DNA from: Desulfobaccales bacterium
GTDB taxonomy: Bacteria > Desulfobacterota > Desulfobaccia > Desulfobaccales > 0-14-0-80-60-11
Length of the DNA stretch: 64,000 nt
Direction: 5' to 3'
Assembly: GCA_049580385.1 (NCBI GenBank)
Contig: JBAUPV010000020.1
Span: 13,366 to 77,365 of the forward strand
Part shown: piece after piece, positions 1 through 8,690 of the stretch
Position numbering within the stretch: the stretch's first letter is position 1
Layout of the letters: each line of letters begins with the position of its first letter
Position numbers and translations under genes: made by a program
Notes under the pieces: model-generated
The model's input: only the letters and a program-made list of their open reading frames with translations
The model's database searches: none
Told to the model about the DNA's origin: nothing

Positions 1-107
1 CTGGCCATTCCATGCAGGACTGTCATCGGGCTCTTTTCATAATAGTCGATACCCAGACCGTCGATGAGTGCCACAACGAGGCGCTGCCTGGATCCCTGAT
101 TTACCAT
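1..107 (-). CDS. Alkaline-phosphatase-superfamily enzyme (nucleotide pyrophosphatase/phosphodiesterase-like), N-terminal fragment; gene continues beyond the left edge
   Basis: Own translation of the reverse strand gives GGAGGAT, 4 nt, ATG (105-107), then MVNQGSRQRLVVALIDGLGIDYYEKSPMTVLHGMA. The hydrophobic strand followed by IDGxG..Y.E resembles the first metal-ligand Asp motif of this superfamily. Only 35 codons are visible. Confidence 0.35.
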   Translation of the reverse strand, partial: MVNQGSRQRLVVALIDGLGIDYYEKSPMTVLHGMA

Positions 108-779
108 TTTATCCTCCTGTTAATTGGCTATCAGCTTAGAGCAAAAACCAGCCGGCGTTTGACCGTCGGAAGCTGCCAGCTAAAGCTTGCTTATAACATG
201 GTCCGGCACAAGCGGGGTAAGACTTAAAAGCCATCTTGGGATAGCAGCATGATTGACGGATTGCCAGGTCCATCTTCTCCCGGTTGATAACTGCTATCTA
301 TTTGCCACTGCATACCAGATAAAAGGGTTGTGATATACAGATGATAGCTGCTTTTCGACGCAGCGGACCTGTTGGCATGACGCCCAGGATCATCCATTTC
401 CCCGCCGCCTTCCACGGCCAAAGAAAGGTGCTGAAAACGGGCCTGACGGTAACCCGGGCGACAAGAAGCAACGATCGGGTGGGGCGTGGGGGCAAGAGGA
501 AGCCAGTAAAAGACCCCAAAAGCGGCGGGGCCGTCCACCAAAGAGCGTATATATTCTGGATATGGGAAGTTTTTAGAGCCGTGATAAGTTTCAGACCATG
601 GCAGTTATCTTCTCTTTAGTGAAGAGATTTTAGAATCAAGTGAAAGGACTTGGTCGGACTTCTGGTCAATCGAGGCCTGTACCATGAGAAAAGTTCCATG
701 GACAGCTTTTGCTCCGGTGTTTGGGGGCACGGTGAAGTTATGAATTGCCTTTCACCTTACCAACCATAATGGCCATGGG

Positions 780-1151
780 TCAATAGCCCTGAGCGGGAGG
801 CCCATAGTTATAGCCCTGCTGCGCAGGCGGATAACCTGCCGGAGGCGGCCCCTGATAATAAGCCTGGGGTGGCGGCGACTGATAACAGGGCTGTGGGGGG
901 GCGACCGAGCGCCCATAGGCTTCTCCAGCCACGCCACCCAAGGCGGTCCCCAGCAAACCGCCGATAGCCGCACCCTTCCAAGGATTGTTGGGACTGGCGG
1001 CGATCCCCAGAGCCGCACCCCCGGCGGCCCCCAAACCCGCACCAGTAAGCAGGTAGGGGTTCTGCTGCGCCATGTTGGTGCCCGCACAGCCTCCCAGAAA
1101 ACTCACGAGTACCACCCCCAGCAGGAGATGGGATGCCCTCACCTTCCTCAA
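780..1151 (-). CDS. Glycine-zipper lipoprotein with Pro/Gln/Tyr-rich C-terminal tail
   Basis: Frame of ORF 780..1307. It has a lipobox-type signal LLLGVVLVSFLGGC, then the glycine-zipper stretch GAGLGAAGGAALGIAAS..GAAIGGLLGTALGGVAGEAYG, then PPQPCYQSPPPQAYYQGPPPAGYPPAQQGYNYGPPAQGY. The start is uncertain: TTG 1151 or GTG 1142 give a normal signal peptide, while ATG 1307 would add about 52 residues. Confidence 0.6.
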   Translation of the reverse strand: MRKVRASHLLLGVVLVSFLGGCAGTNMAQQNPYLLTGAGLGAAGGAALGIAASPNNPWKGAAIGGLLGTALGGVAGEAYGRSVAPPQPCYQSPPPQAYYQGPPPAGYPPAQQGYNYGPPAQGY

Positions 1152-1368
1152 AACGAGCTGCCATTTATCCACAACCCGATCCTCCCCATTGAAGCTATGG
1201 TCCACATTGATCAGCTGCTTTTTCAGCCAGTCCCACTTCACCTTACCAACATATTGGCCAAGGGAGGGGCCGGTCCTGAAGGGGGCGGCCCCCTCCCTCG
1301 AATCCATCTGCGTTATTCACCGGTCATTTCTTGCCAACCAAACCATGAGATTCCTGATAGTCAGCAGC

Positions 1369-2295
1369 CTAAATTGCCCCTGAAGGCGATGCGACTTGAG
1401 ACTGAGAACCGGACTGAAGGCCAGTCTGACTCGCCGGGTTAGTGGTATTATGGTAATAGCCTGACGAACTGGCGGCACTATTGGGAGATTGACCCTGCGC
1501 CGAGTAGCCTGCACGATTATAAGAAGTGCCAGGATTATACTGCTGACCATAGCCTGACGAACTGGCGGCAGTGTTGGGAGATTGACCCTGTGCCGAGTAG
1601 CCTGCACGATTATAAGAGGAGCCAGGATTATATTGCTGCCCCCCATTGGGCGCCTGGAATTGCCGGTTTCCTAAGCCATTCCCCTGGACGAATGAAGGAC
1701 GAGGTTGTTGCCATTGGTTCTGGTGATCATTCCAGCCGTAAGCATCCCGGTGTTGGTCCCACCACTGATGCCCGTGATCATTCCGCCAATAGTCATGCCG
1801 GTGCTCGTCCCACCAATTATGCCGGTGATCATCCCGCCAATAGTCATTCCGGTGATCAACCCACTGGCGGTTTTGGCCGTTCCAGCCGTAGGCGTTGCCA
1901 TTGGGCTGTTGCCACTGACGATTTTGGCCGTTCCAACCATAGGCGTTACCATTGGGCTGCTGCCACTGGCGGTTTTGGCCGTTCCAACCATAGGCGTTGC
2001 CATTAGGCCGTTGCCACTGCCGGTTTTGGCCGTTCCAGCCGTAGGCATTGCCATTGGGCTGCTGCCCTTGGCGGTTTTGGCCGTTCCAACCATAGGCGTT
2101 ACCATTGGGCTGTCGCCCCTGGCGGTTTTGGCCATTCCAGCCGTAGGCGTTGCCATTGGGCTGTCGCGGGGTGAAAGCCTGGCGATTGATCTGTGGGGCA
2201 AAACCACGATTAGGTCCGGCCTGGGCGCTCAGGGGGCTCAGCGCCACAAACAGAGCCATCGTGAGAATAAAGCTCCACCATCTTTCTGGCCTCAT
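1369..2295 (-). CDS. Secreted tandem-repeat protein (6 x 17-aa PNGNAYGWNGQNRQxxQ units, a His/Trp/Asp-rich block, 2 x 31-aa Ser/Gly/Tyr-rich units)
   Basis: ATG at 2295 is preceded by GAGGAGGAT (reverse complement of 2300-2310). Signal peptide MRPERWWSFILTMALFVALSPLSAQA. The repeats are visible at both protein and DNA level. The His-rich segment is HRNDYWRDDHRHNWWDEHRHDYWRNDHGHQWWDQHRD. Confidence 0.7.
   Translation of the reverse strand: MRPERWWSFILTMALFVALSPLSAQAGPNRGFAPQINRQAFTPRQPNGNAYGWNGQNRQGRQPNGNAYGWNGQNRQGQQPNGNAYGWNGQNRQWQRPNGNAYGWNGQNRQWQQPNGNAYGWNGQNRQWQQPNGNAYGWNGQNRQWVDHRNDYWRDDHRHNWWDEHRHDYWRNDHGHQWWDQHRDAYGWNDHQNQWQQPRPSFVQGNGLGNRQFQAPNGGQQYNPGSSYNRAGYSAQGQSPNTAASSSGYGQQYNPGTSYNRAGYSAQGQSPNSAASSSGYYHNTTNPASQTGLQSGSQSQVASPSGAI
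1456..1641. repeat. Two tandem 93-bp repeats (in frame, inside CDS 1369..2295)
   Basis: atagcctgacgaactggcggca... recurs at 1456 and 1549. It encodes GQQYNPG(S/T)SYNRAGYSAQGQSPN(T/S)AASSSGY twice. Confidence 0.9.
1861..2166. repeat. Six tandem 51-bp repeats (in frame, inside CDS 1369..2295)
   Basis: Units start at 1861, 1912, 1963, 2014, 2065 and 2116. Each resembles ccactggcggttttggccgttccagccgtaggcgttgccattgggctgttg with only a few substitutions per unit. Confidence 0.95.
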
Positions 2296-2386
2296 TTGAT
2301 TATCCTCCTCAAGATAAATTGGCACTCCGGGTTCGTTAATTTAGATTACCCCCCGCGTGAAAGGGTTAATGGTCTTTTCCGAATTT

Positions 2387-2737
2387 TTAAAAATTATATT
2401 GTATTGTGCCGGATAAACCTCGAGGTGCGGGCTGGGAGAAATAGGGTTGGGGTTGCGCATAAGGAATTGCCATGACGGGAGCAACGGGCGCGACATAGGC
2501 AACCCGCGGTGGTCCATAAACTCGCTCCACGTAGCGGGGATACTGTGGCCCTCTATAAAAGCGGCGGAAATGCGAATCGTAGCGGCCAAAGTCATGATGC
2601 CTTGGGCCATCCCAGCCATAGGCATTCCCGTGGGGGTGGTGATATGGTTGATATGGTTCCGCTTGGACGGTTAGGGAGTTTAAGGCCAGGATAAGGCCCA
2701 TCATCAGGATAATGCTCAACCATCTTCTCAGGTTCAT
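2387..2737 (-). CDS. Small secreted His/Tyr/Pro/Arg-rich protein sharing the GNAYGW motif with the downstream repeat protein
   Basis: AGGAGG lies 7 nt upstream of ATG 2737. Signal peptide MNLRRWLSIILMMGLILALNSLTVQA. The mature part contains HHPHGNAYGWDGPRHHDF. Confidence 0.65.
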   Translation of the reverse strand: MNLRRWLSIILMMGLILALNSLTVQAEPYQPYHHPHGNAYGWDGPRHHDFGRYDSHFRRFYRGPQYPRYVERVYGPPRVAYVAPVAPVMAIPYAQPQPYFSQPAPRGLSGTIQYNF

Positions 2738-2989
2738 AGGCTTTCCCTCCTGAAAAAATTTTGCAGCCTGGATTTGCTACCTATTTAGAAGTTGGTCAGC
2801 GGAAAGTGTTAAGGGAGATTATTTGCTTGATTGCAAGGAATTACTACTCATTACTTAAGACTGCTAAGACTAATTTTCATAAAATTCCTAATAGTTACGC
2901 TTTTAAACTCATAGAACAGTTTCCTGTTCATCCTGTTAAATGGTCATTATAAGCATAGTAAAATGATCATTTCGTGCATCTGACTGCCG

Positions 2990-3036
2990 ATATGGTCATT
3001 GTGACCATATAAAAATGATCATTAGGTTTATATACT
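2990..3036 (+). promoter_or_regulatory. Copy 1 of a conserved operator/promoter block: perfect palindrome ATATGGTCA-TTG-TGACCATAT plus a TATACT -10 box
   Basis: Palindrome at 2990-3010 and TATACT at 3031-3036. The same roughly 47-nt block recurs at 9437 and 10347. Here it precedes the RBS and ATG of CDS 3120..3350. Confidence 0.5.
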
Positions 3037-3119
3037 TTCATTCCATTTATTCTTACATTTGAACTATCGCAGGTTTTGTTGCCGACTAGGTCGTGGGCCT
3101 GCCGGAAGAGGATAAACCA

Positions 3120-3350
3120 ATGATAAAGATTATCGATTTCGGATGCAACGAACATAATTGGCGTCAAGTCACCCTCACCGACCCTGATGCTGACCTGGTC
3201 AAAGATTGTATTTATAATCTTCCCAAAGATGGGAAGTATCATACCTACGTATGCTCTCACGGTCATACCCATCGTATCCGTGAATTTAAGCTGCCTCATG
3301 TGGTACCGGCGCCCGCAGATGAGAAGAGGTCAAGTCCTTCTAGGCGCTAA
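3120..3350 (+). CDS. Small Cys/His-containing hypothetical protein (76 aa)
   Basis: GGAAGAGGAT lies 6 nt before ATG 3120. Sequence MIKIIDFGCNEHNWRQVTLTDPDADLVKDCIYNLPKDGKYHTYVCSHGHTHRIREF.... It sits downstream of operator/promoter copy 1. I recognise no family. Confidence 0.5.
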   Translation: MIKIIDFGCNEHNWRQVTLTDPDADLVKDCIYNLPKDGKYHTYVCSHGHTHRIREFKLPHVVPAPADEKRSSPSRR

Positions 3351-3668
3351 AGCCGGTCGCGGCGCTCTCCGAGGGGGCAGGCATAGCCCACCGACTTAAG
3401 CCAAAAATTAGCTGGTCCCAATTATTGGCTCTTATTCCTCCCCTTTCTTCCATTCGGGAAGTCCTAGCCGGGGCAGCCATGCTTAGCGACACGGCCAGTG
3501 AGGCTGGCGCCAGGGACCTTCCCGGCCGGCTGCGGGCGATTGTGCAATTGGCGGGCCTCGGAAGTTGGGCTACTGGGTGGCTGCCTCCACGATTGGGATC
3601 AATATCTTGAGTCCTTTGGATCTCCCTGAGGGTGAGGTCTGAGGGGTAATATATTTGCAGGGGATCCA

Positions 3669-3902
3669 ATGAAAAAAATGGTCATTTTAGTTATGGCGGC
3701 AAACTTGCTGCTAGGGGGCTGTTCGGGAATGTCCTACACTGAGCAACGGGTCCTCAGCGGGACCGCCATCGGCGCGGGCAGTGGGACCCTCATCGGCTTG
3801 GCCGCAGGCGGTCCCTTGGTGGGAGCCGCTGTGGGCGCAGGCGCGGGGGCTTTGGGAGGGGTCCTTTATGACCAGTACCAGAAATCCCGAGGGAATCCAT
3901 AG
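3669..3902 (+). CDS. Glycine-zipper (OsmB/SlyB-like) small lipoprotein
   Basis: Lipobox signal MKKMVILVMAANLLLGGC, then GTAIGAGSGTLIGLAAGGPLVGAAVGAGAGALGGV. Confidence 0.75.
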   Translation: MKKMVILVMAANLLLGGCSGMSYTEQRVLSGTAIGAGSGTLIGLAAGGPLVGAAVGAGAGALGGVLYDQYQKSRGNP

Positions 3903-3942
3903 GTGGATTTTCAAATTCTGTGAGGCCGGGGACCTTCTTAAG

Positions 3943-4428
3943 GTGAATACCACAACCGTCAAGGGGCGCCCTGGCGCCTGGACTTGCGCTTTAGGGCTGG
4001 TCATCTGCCTAATGGGCTGCCAGACACCGGTTGCTAAGGCGCCGCAGTTGCCGCCGCGGCCACCGGCGGCCATGCTGCCCCGCCCGGTGCGACCCACTTT
4101 TTATGTGACCGTAAATCAGCTTAGTTTGCGAGCCTGTCCCGGCCTGGATTGCCAAAAAATCTCCACTCTGGATTTAAATACAGAAGTGGAAAAGATGGGG
4201 GTGGGCGACAATTGGACGCAGATCAAGGTAAAAAAGGGGGGGGCTATAGGTTATGTAAATTCACGCTATCTCTCCCAGCACCCCGTGGAAGTCGCCCAAC
4301 CCGCCAAGAAGAGACCCAAAAAGGCAAAACCTCACAAAGCCACCCCGCCTTCTGAAGCAGCGGAGGAAGTGAGGGAAGCCGGGCCCCAGAAGCAGGAGCC
4401 TTCAGGTCCACTCCCCCGGGCCATGTAG
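3943..4428 (+). CDS. SH3-domain lipoprotein with Lys/Pro-rich tail
   Basis: An in-frame GTG at 3943 gives the lipobox ALGLVICLMGC. A bacterial SH3-like segment follows: FYVTVNQLSLRACPGLDCQKISTLDLNTEVEKMGVGDNWTQIKVKKGGAIGYVNSRYL. The track start at 3781 would overlap the previous gene. Confidence 0.65.
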   Translation: MNTTTVKGRPGAWTCALGLVICLMGCQTPVAKAPQLPPRPPAAMLPRPVRPTFYVTVNQLSLRACPGLDCQKISTLDLNTEVEKMGVGDNWTQIKVKKGGAIGYVNSRYLSQHPVEVAQPAKKRPKKAKPHKATPPSEAAEEVREAGPQKQEPSGPLPRAM

Positions 4429-4462
4429 GAGGAGGCAGGAGAGGAGTCAAGATCCTGCGAAT

Positions 4463-5251
4463 TTACATAAATTCTGGCTGCACTTCTGGTTCTTCTCTTT
4501 GCTTAAAAGGTTTAAGTTCATCCTTTGCGGGCACTCCCCGAGGTGCAACCAAAGGCCTGGCTTCCAAGTCGCGGCTGGCAACCCAACCCAAAGCGCCACT
4601 GGCAGGTTGGCGAACCATAAACCAGCCATCGGTTTCTCCCAGTTTTTGCACCTGATCGTTAAACTGCAGAGCCCTGATAACCTCGCTGCGGCTCGCTGGC
4701 CTGGCCAGCAAGTTTAGCTTCCGCACCGCCACATAGTAATAGGCTTTCTGAGCTGGGCTTGGCTGGGCCTCCTCGATGCGTTTCGTAAGTGACGCGGCCG
4801 GCACCCAGCCAAGGCTCCGGGTTTTAATCACCAGGATGCGCCACCAGCCCTGGGCCCCTTCTTCGACCCTTTGCACCTGATCGCCCCGGTAGAGTACCTC
4901 TAAGGGAAGGCAATCGGGGCGCGGGCACCCGCGCAGAAACAAGCTATCCTTTTTAACAAAATAAAAAACGGAAGCCACCGGTTTGGAGCTGAGTAACTCC
5001 TTGCGAATCCATCCAGTCTGCTCACTGCGCAAGACTTTAATGTGCCACCAAGATGATTCGCCGACCTCCAATTTTTCTACCTCATCGCCCCGGTAAAGTG
5101 GGCCCAGCACCTTGCCGCCAACGCCAGGGCTCTCCAGCAAATAAGTCACTTCCGGTATAACGTAGAACGAAACCTCAGGTGGGTTAACGGGGGGATGCGC
5201 ACAGGAGCAGGTCAAACTTAGAATTATAATTAGTATTATTAATCTGGTCAT
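4463..5251 (-). CDS. Lipoprotein with three bacterial SH3-like repeats
   Basis: Signal MTRLIILIIILSLTCSC. Three repeats of the pattern Y-V.....L.R..P......(V/L)..L..GD.V........WW.I.V.....GW(I/V): SSWWHIKV..GWI, QGWWRILV..GWV, DGWFMVRQ..GWV. Confidence 0.75.
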   Translation of the reverse strand: MTRLIILIIILSLTCSCAHPPVNPPEVSFYVIPEVTYLLESPGVGGKVLGPLYRGDEVEKLEVGESSWWHIKVLRSEQTGWIRKELLSSKPVASVFYFVKKDSLFLRGCPRPDCLPLEVLYRGDQVQRVEEGAQGWWRILVIKTRSLGWVPAASLTKRIEEAQPSPAQKAYYYVAVRKLNLLARPASRSEVIRALQFNDQVQKLGETDGWFMVRQPASGALGWVASRDLEARPLVAPRGVPAKDELKPFKQREEPEVQPEFM

Positions 5252-5285
5252 CTCACTGGATTGCCTCTAAATATCAAAAAGATAT

Positions 5286-5879
5286 TTAATTAACATCTTC
5301 CAAGGACTTGATCCGCCATTGCCCCGATTCTTTGCCAAATTTTACTAAATAGGTCTTTGAAACATTATTAGATTTTTGGGTGCAGATATTTTTGGCCTCA
5401 GCCTCCCATTTAACTCGCGCCAGCGCAGTATTATCTGGTAAGAGCTTAATATCTTCGATATTAAATTCTATTTGGGGGTAATCATAGATCTTCCACACTT
5501 TGGAGATGCTTTGGGTTCTTTGAGTTAAGCCCGGGAAGTTGGGCGAATAATAGCTCAAGAGCTTGGATAAATCTTTTTTCTGATTGGCTTCCCGGATCTC
5601 GGAAATCACCTTTTGCAATTGCTCTTTCAGTAAGGCGGTTGATTCCTCCTGGGCAGTGGGAGCCACCAAGTGATTAGGAGGCGTCTTTGGAGTGGGCTGG
5701 CTCTGAGCTTGCGGGACCGGCTCCCCTTGGTTGTGGATTGGCGGGTAGAGCCTTCCCTTAAGGAAATACCAAAACAGAGAAGAAATCAGTATAAATCCGC
5801 ACACAAGCACGATGCCGCGAACCCAGAGAGGTTTCCGCCTGAGCAACTCATCAGAGGATTTTTGGTCATCAGCCATCAT
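5286..5879 (-). CDS. Membrane-anchored hypothetical protein (one TM, Pro-rich linker, about 110-aa globular C-terminal domain)
   Basis: TM segment LWVRGIVLVCGFILISSLFWYFL. The C-terminal part (LSYYSPNFPG...ARVKWEAEA...YLVKFGKESGQWRIKS) looks like a small NTF2/SnoaL-like fold, but this is only an impression. Confidence 0.55.
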   Translation of the reverse strand: MMADDQKSSDELLRRKPLWVRGIVLVCGFILISSLFWYFLKGRLYPPIHNQGEPVPQAQSQPTPKTPPNHLVAPTAQEESTALLKEQLQKVISEIREANQKKDLSKLLSYYSPNFPGLTQRTQSISKVWKIYDYPQIEFNIEDIKLLPDNTALARVKWEAEAKNICTQKSNNVSKTYLVKFGKESGQWRIKSLEDVN

Positions 5880-6240
5880 CCATGATTATCCCATAGTGAA
5901 ACACATAAGAGCAAGCTAGGGTAGGGAGACTGAGCCCTAGATGATAGGTAACTAATTGATATTATGAATTGTTGTCCCTTTGGGATTAAGTGTTTTTGCA
6001 TTTTTCTAAACCTCCCTGCCGAATATTGGGAGACTGACAGTTAAAACACCATCGGGGAATCCCTGGTTTTTAATGGGGAAATTCGGTTTTTTTTCGGGGC
6101 CGATATGAAAGAGAGAACGGAGACCAAGACGCTCTGGATAGGGGGAAGGTTAAAGTGCGTGTGTCCCATGGGGATCATTGAGGTGCTCCCCAAAAATGAG
6201 ACTGTTATAATAAGAGGACCCGAAAGCGGAAGAGACCTTC

Positions 6241-6462
6241 ATGCGGCAGTCTCGGTTTACGGTGGCAGAAATCGGCCGGATTATTGTGAAGTCGGAGTTG
6301 CCGACGTCCGGCATTGCCGGCACAGCCCGGAAGTACGGCATTAAAGAGGCGACGCTGTGCCGTTGGCGAGCCAAGTACAAAGGTCTGGGCAAATCAGAGG
6401 CCAGGCGCCTCCAGCTCCCGGATGATGAGAACCGGCAGCTAAAAAGGCTGGTGCAGTTTTAG
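6241..6462 (+). mobile_element. IS3-family transposase OrfA N-terminal fragment (remnant; no OrfB)
   Basis: MRQSRFTVAEIGRIIVKSELPTSGIAGTARKYGIKEATLCRWRAKYKGLGKSEARRLQLPDDENRQLKRLV is the HTH plus the start of the leucine zipper of IS3/IS911-type OrfA. The frame stops abruptly and unrelated sequence follows. Confidence 0.7.
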
Positions 6463-6622
6463 GGGGTGGTAACCATCGTTAAGCCATCGTTATTTGGGTC
6501 CCAATGCAGATTGTAAATCAGGCCAAGTTGTGCTATTGTATAATCTACCGTGTCTCTCAGACCAGAAGATACCATGGGCTGCTGCCCTTCTAATTTTCTA
6601 AATTATTTTGCAGGGAAAACAA

Positions 6623-8689
6623 ATGTCTTCTAAAGATGATCCTCGGAAATTTCCCTGGCATCTTTTTATTGTATTCTTTATATTATCCATTGGTATTTTA
6701 ACTATAGGATATCTGTATTATAAAAATCAAGAGAACTACCTGAAGAAAGATAAACAGCAAGAGCTTGCCGGCATTATTGCCCTTAAAATTGACCAAATTA
6801 TCGCTTGGCGCCAGGAACGTCTCGATTTTGCCAGTGCGATTATGGATGATCCTTTTTTTACTATGCGGGTCAGGGATTTTCTTAAGGGCAGACCCAAACC
6901 CATGCTCACCAAACAAATTCTCGAACGTTTAGCAGCCTTGGCTTCATATCAATTTCAAAGTATAGCTTTAATCGATCCTCAAGGAAATGTTAGACTCGCA
7001 TTTCCCGCGTCAAAGCAACAACTTAATCCTTATTTGAAATCCTTGGCCCTTCAAGCAGTCCTGACCCAAAAAGTCCTGTTTTCCGACCTCTATCTGGATG
7101 AAAACTCGAAAGTTAGGCTCAGCATTCTAACCCCCCTTATGGTCATTCAGAGGAATGAGAAGGTAGTAGTCGGCATTATTCTGATGAGGATCGAACCTTA
7201 TCAGTATCTGTATCCTCTGATCAAGTCGTGGCCTACTCCCAGTCTGACCGGGGAGACCGAATTAGTGCAACGCGAAGGGGATGAAGTGGTGTTTCTGAAT
7301 GAACTTCGGCATCGGCAGAATAAGCCCCTCGAGTTGCGGCTTTCCGTAAACACACCTAATTTGCCGGAAGCCATGTTCGCTCGGGGAAAGAAAGGCATTG
7401 TCGAAGGGATCGATTATCGAGGTGTTCCTGTCCTGGCGGCTGTCGGGCTTATTGCTGATTCACCGTGGTTTCTGGTGGCAAAGATCGACGTCGATGAGGT
7501 CTACTCCCCGTTGCAGAAGCGCAGTAAGGAAGTAGTTTTTCTCTTGATTACCCTCATTGCCCTTACTGGTATCTGTGTTGCATATTTCTGGAGGAATCAG
7601 CAAATTAGATTTTACCGCAGGGAATATCAGGCCGAGCGTGAACGTCGCGCCATAGCCCAACGTTACGAATATCTGACCAGATTTGCCAACGATATCATCC
7701 TGGTAGCCGACCAAAATTTGAAAATTGTTGAAGCAAACAACCAGGCCGTGGCCTCTTATAGGTATGAACGAGAGGAACTCCTTAAATTACATTTAAAAGA
7801 CCTGTACCGGCCGGGGTCGGAACATGTGCTCAGTACCCGCATGCGACACGTAGAAGATAAAGGCGGGTTGATCTTTGAGACCGTCCAACGCCGCAAGGAT
7901 CGAACCACTTTTCCGGCGGAGGTCAGTTTGCGCCTTTTAGAAGTGGAAGGCCAAAAGTTGTTCCAAGAAATCATCCGGGATATTACCGAGCGCAAGCGAG
8001 CCGAAGAAAAGCTCACAGAATCGGAAAAGAACCTGCGCCGGCTGACCTCACAGCTCCTGAGTGCCCAAGAGGACGAGCGGAAACGCCTTTCCATGGAACT
8101 TCACGATGAATTGGGACATGCCCTGCTGGCCTTGAAGCTCCAATTAGAATCCGCGGAAGAGGAACTATTGCCTCAGCAAATTTCTCTAAAAGATGAGGTC
8201 TCCAAGATGCTCAGGGGCATCTACGCGACCATTGAAAAGGTGCGTCGTCTTTATCTCGATCTCAGTCCAGGCGATTTGGAGGATCTGGGCCTGACCACTT
8301 CGTTACATTCCCTGATCGATGATTTTGCCGAGCTGCAAAAAAACATAGCCTGGACGGTAAAAATAAACCACCTCGATGGCCTTTTCTCGCTCCCCACTCA
8401 GATAGCTATCTATCGGATAGTACAGGAAGCTTTGACCAATATCGGCAAACATGCCAAACCTAAACACGTGTTGATTGAAATCAAAAAAGAAAAACAGGGG
8501 GTCAAATTTCTTATCGAGGATGATGGCGTTGGTTTTGAATGGAATAAGATTGTCATCGAGAAAAAAACCTTAGGCCTCCTGGCTATGGAAGAGCGGGTCA
8601 ATATCCTAGAGGGCTCTTTTGAACTCTGGAGCCGGGAAAACCAGGGAACAAAAATTTCTTTTGCCATTCCCATTCCCGAGGGAGCATAA
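6623..8689 (+). CDS. Sensor histidine kinase (two TM segments flanking a periplasmic sensor domain, PAS, HisKA_3 dimerisation/H-box, HATPase)
   Basis: H-box MELHDELGHALLALKLQL (NarX/DegS-type HisKA_3). PAS-like segment IILVADQNLKIVEANNQAVASYRYEREELL. ATPase motifs QEALTNIGKHA and DDGVGF..GLLAMEERV. ATG 6623 is preferred to TTG 6608. Confidence 0.9.
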   Translation: MSSKDDPRKFPWHLFIVFFILSIGILTIGYLYYKNQENYLKKDKQQELAGIIALKIDQIIAWRQERLDFASAIMDDPFFTMRVRDFLKGRPKPMLTKQILERLAALASYQFQSIALIDPQGNVRLAFPASKQQLNPYLKSLALQAVLTQKVLFSDLYLDENSKVRLSILTPLMVIQRNEKVVVGIILMRIEPYQYLYPLIKSWPTPSLTGETELVQREGDEVVFLNELRHRQNKPLELRLSVNTPNLPEAMFARGKKGIVEGIDYRGVPVLAAVGLIADSPWFLVAKIDVDEVYSPLQKRSKEVVFLLITLIALTGICVAYFWRNQQIRFYRREYQAERERRAIAQRYEYLTRFANDIILVADQNLKIVEANNQAVASYRYEREELLKLHLKDLYRPGSEHVLSTRMRHVEDKGGLIFETVQRRKDRTTFPAEVSLRLLEVEGQKLFQEIIRDITERKRAEEKLTESEKNLRRLTSQLLSAQEDERKRLSMELHDELGHALLALKLQLESAEEELLPQQISLKDEVSKMLRGIYATIEKVRRLYLDLSPGDLEDLGLTTSLHSLIDDFAELQKNIAWTVKINHLDGLFSLPTQIAIYRIVQEALTNIGKHAKPKHVLIEIKKEKQGVKFLIEDDGVGFEWNKIVIEKKTLGLLAMEERVNILEGSFELWSRENQGTKISFAIPIPEGA

Positions 8690-8690
8690 A

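Noticed and set aside
224-760. Overlapping ORFs of 73-105 aa on both strands at the left end.
   Set aside because: They are mutually exclusive, have no RBS, and have low-complexity or odd composition. I cannot support any of them.
1861-2166. A regular 51-bp periodicity that could superficially resemble a CRISPR-like array.
   Set aside because: The units are contiguous with no spacers. They are in frame within a signal-peptide-bearing ORF and encode a coherent 17-aa peptide repeat.
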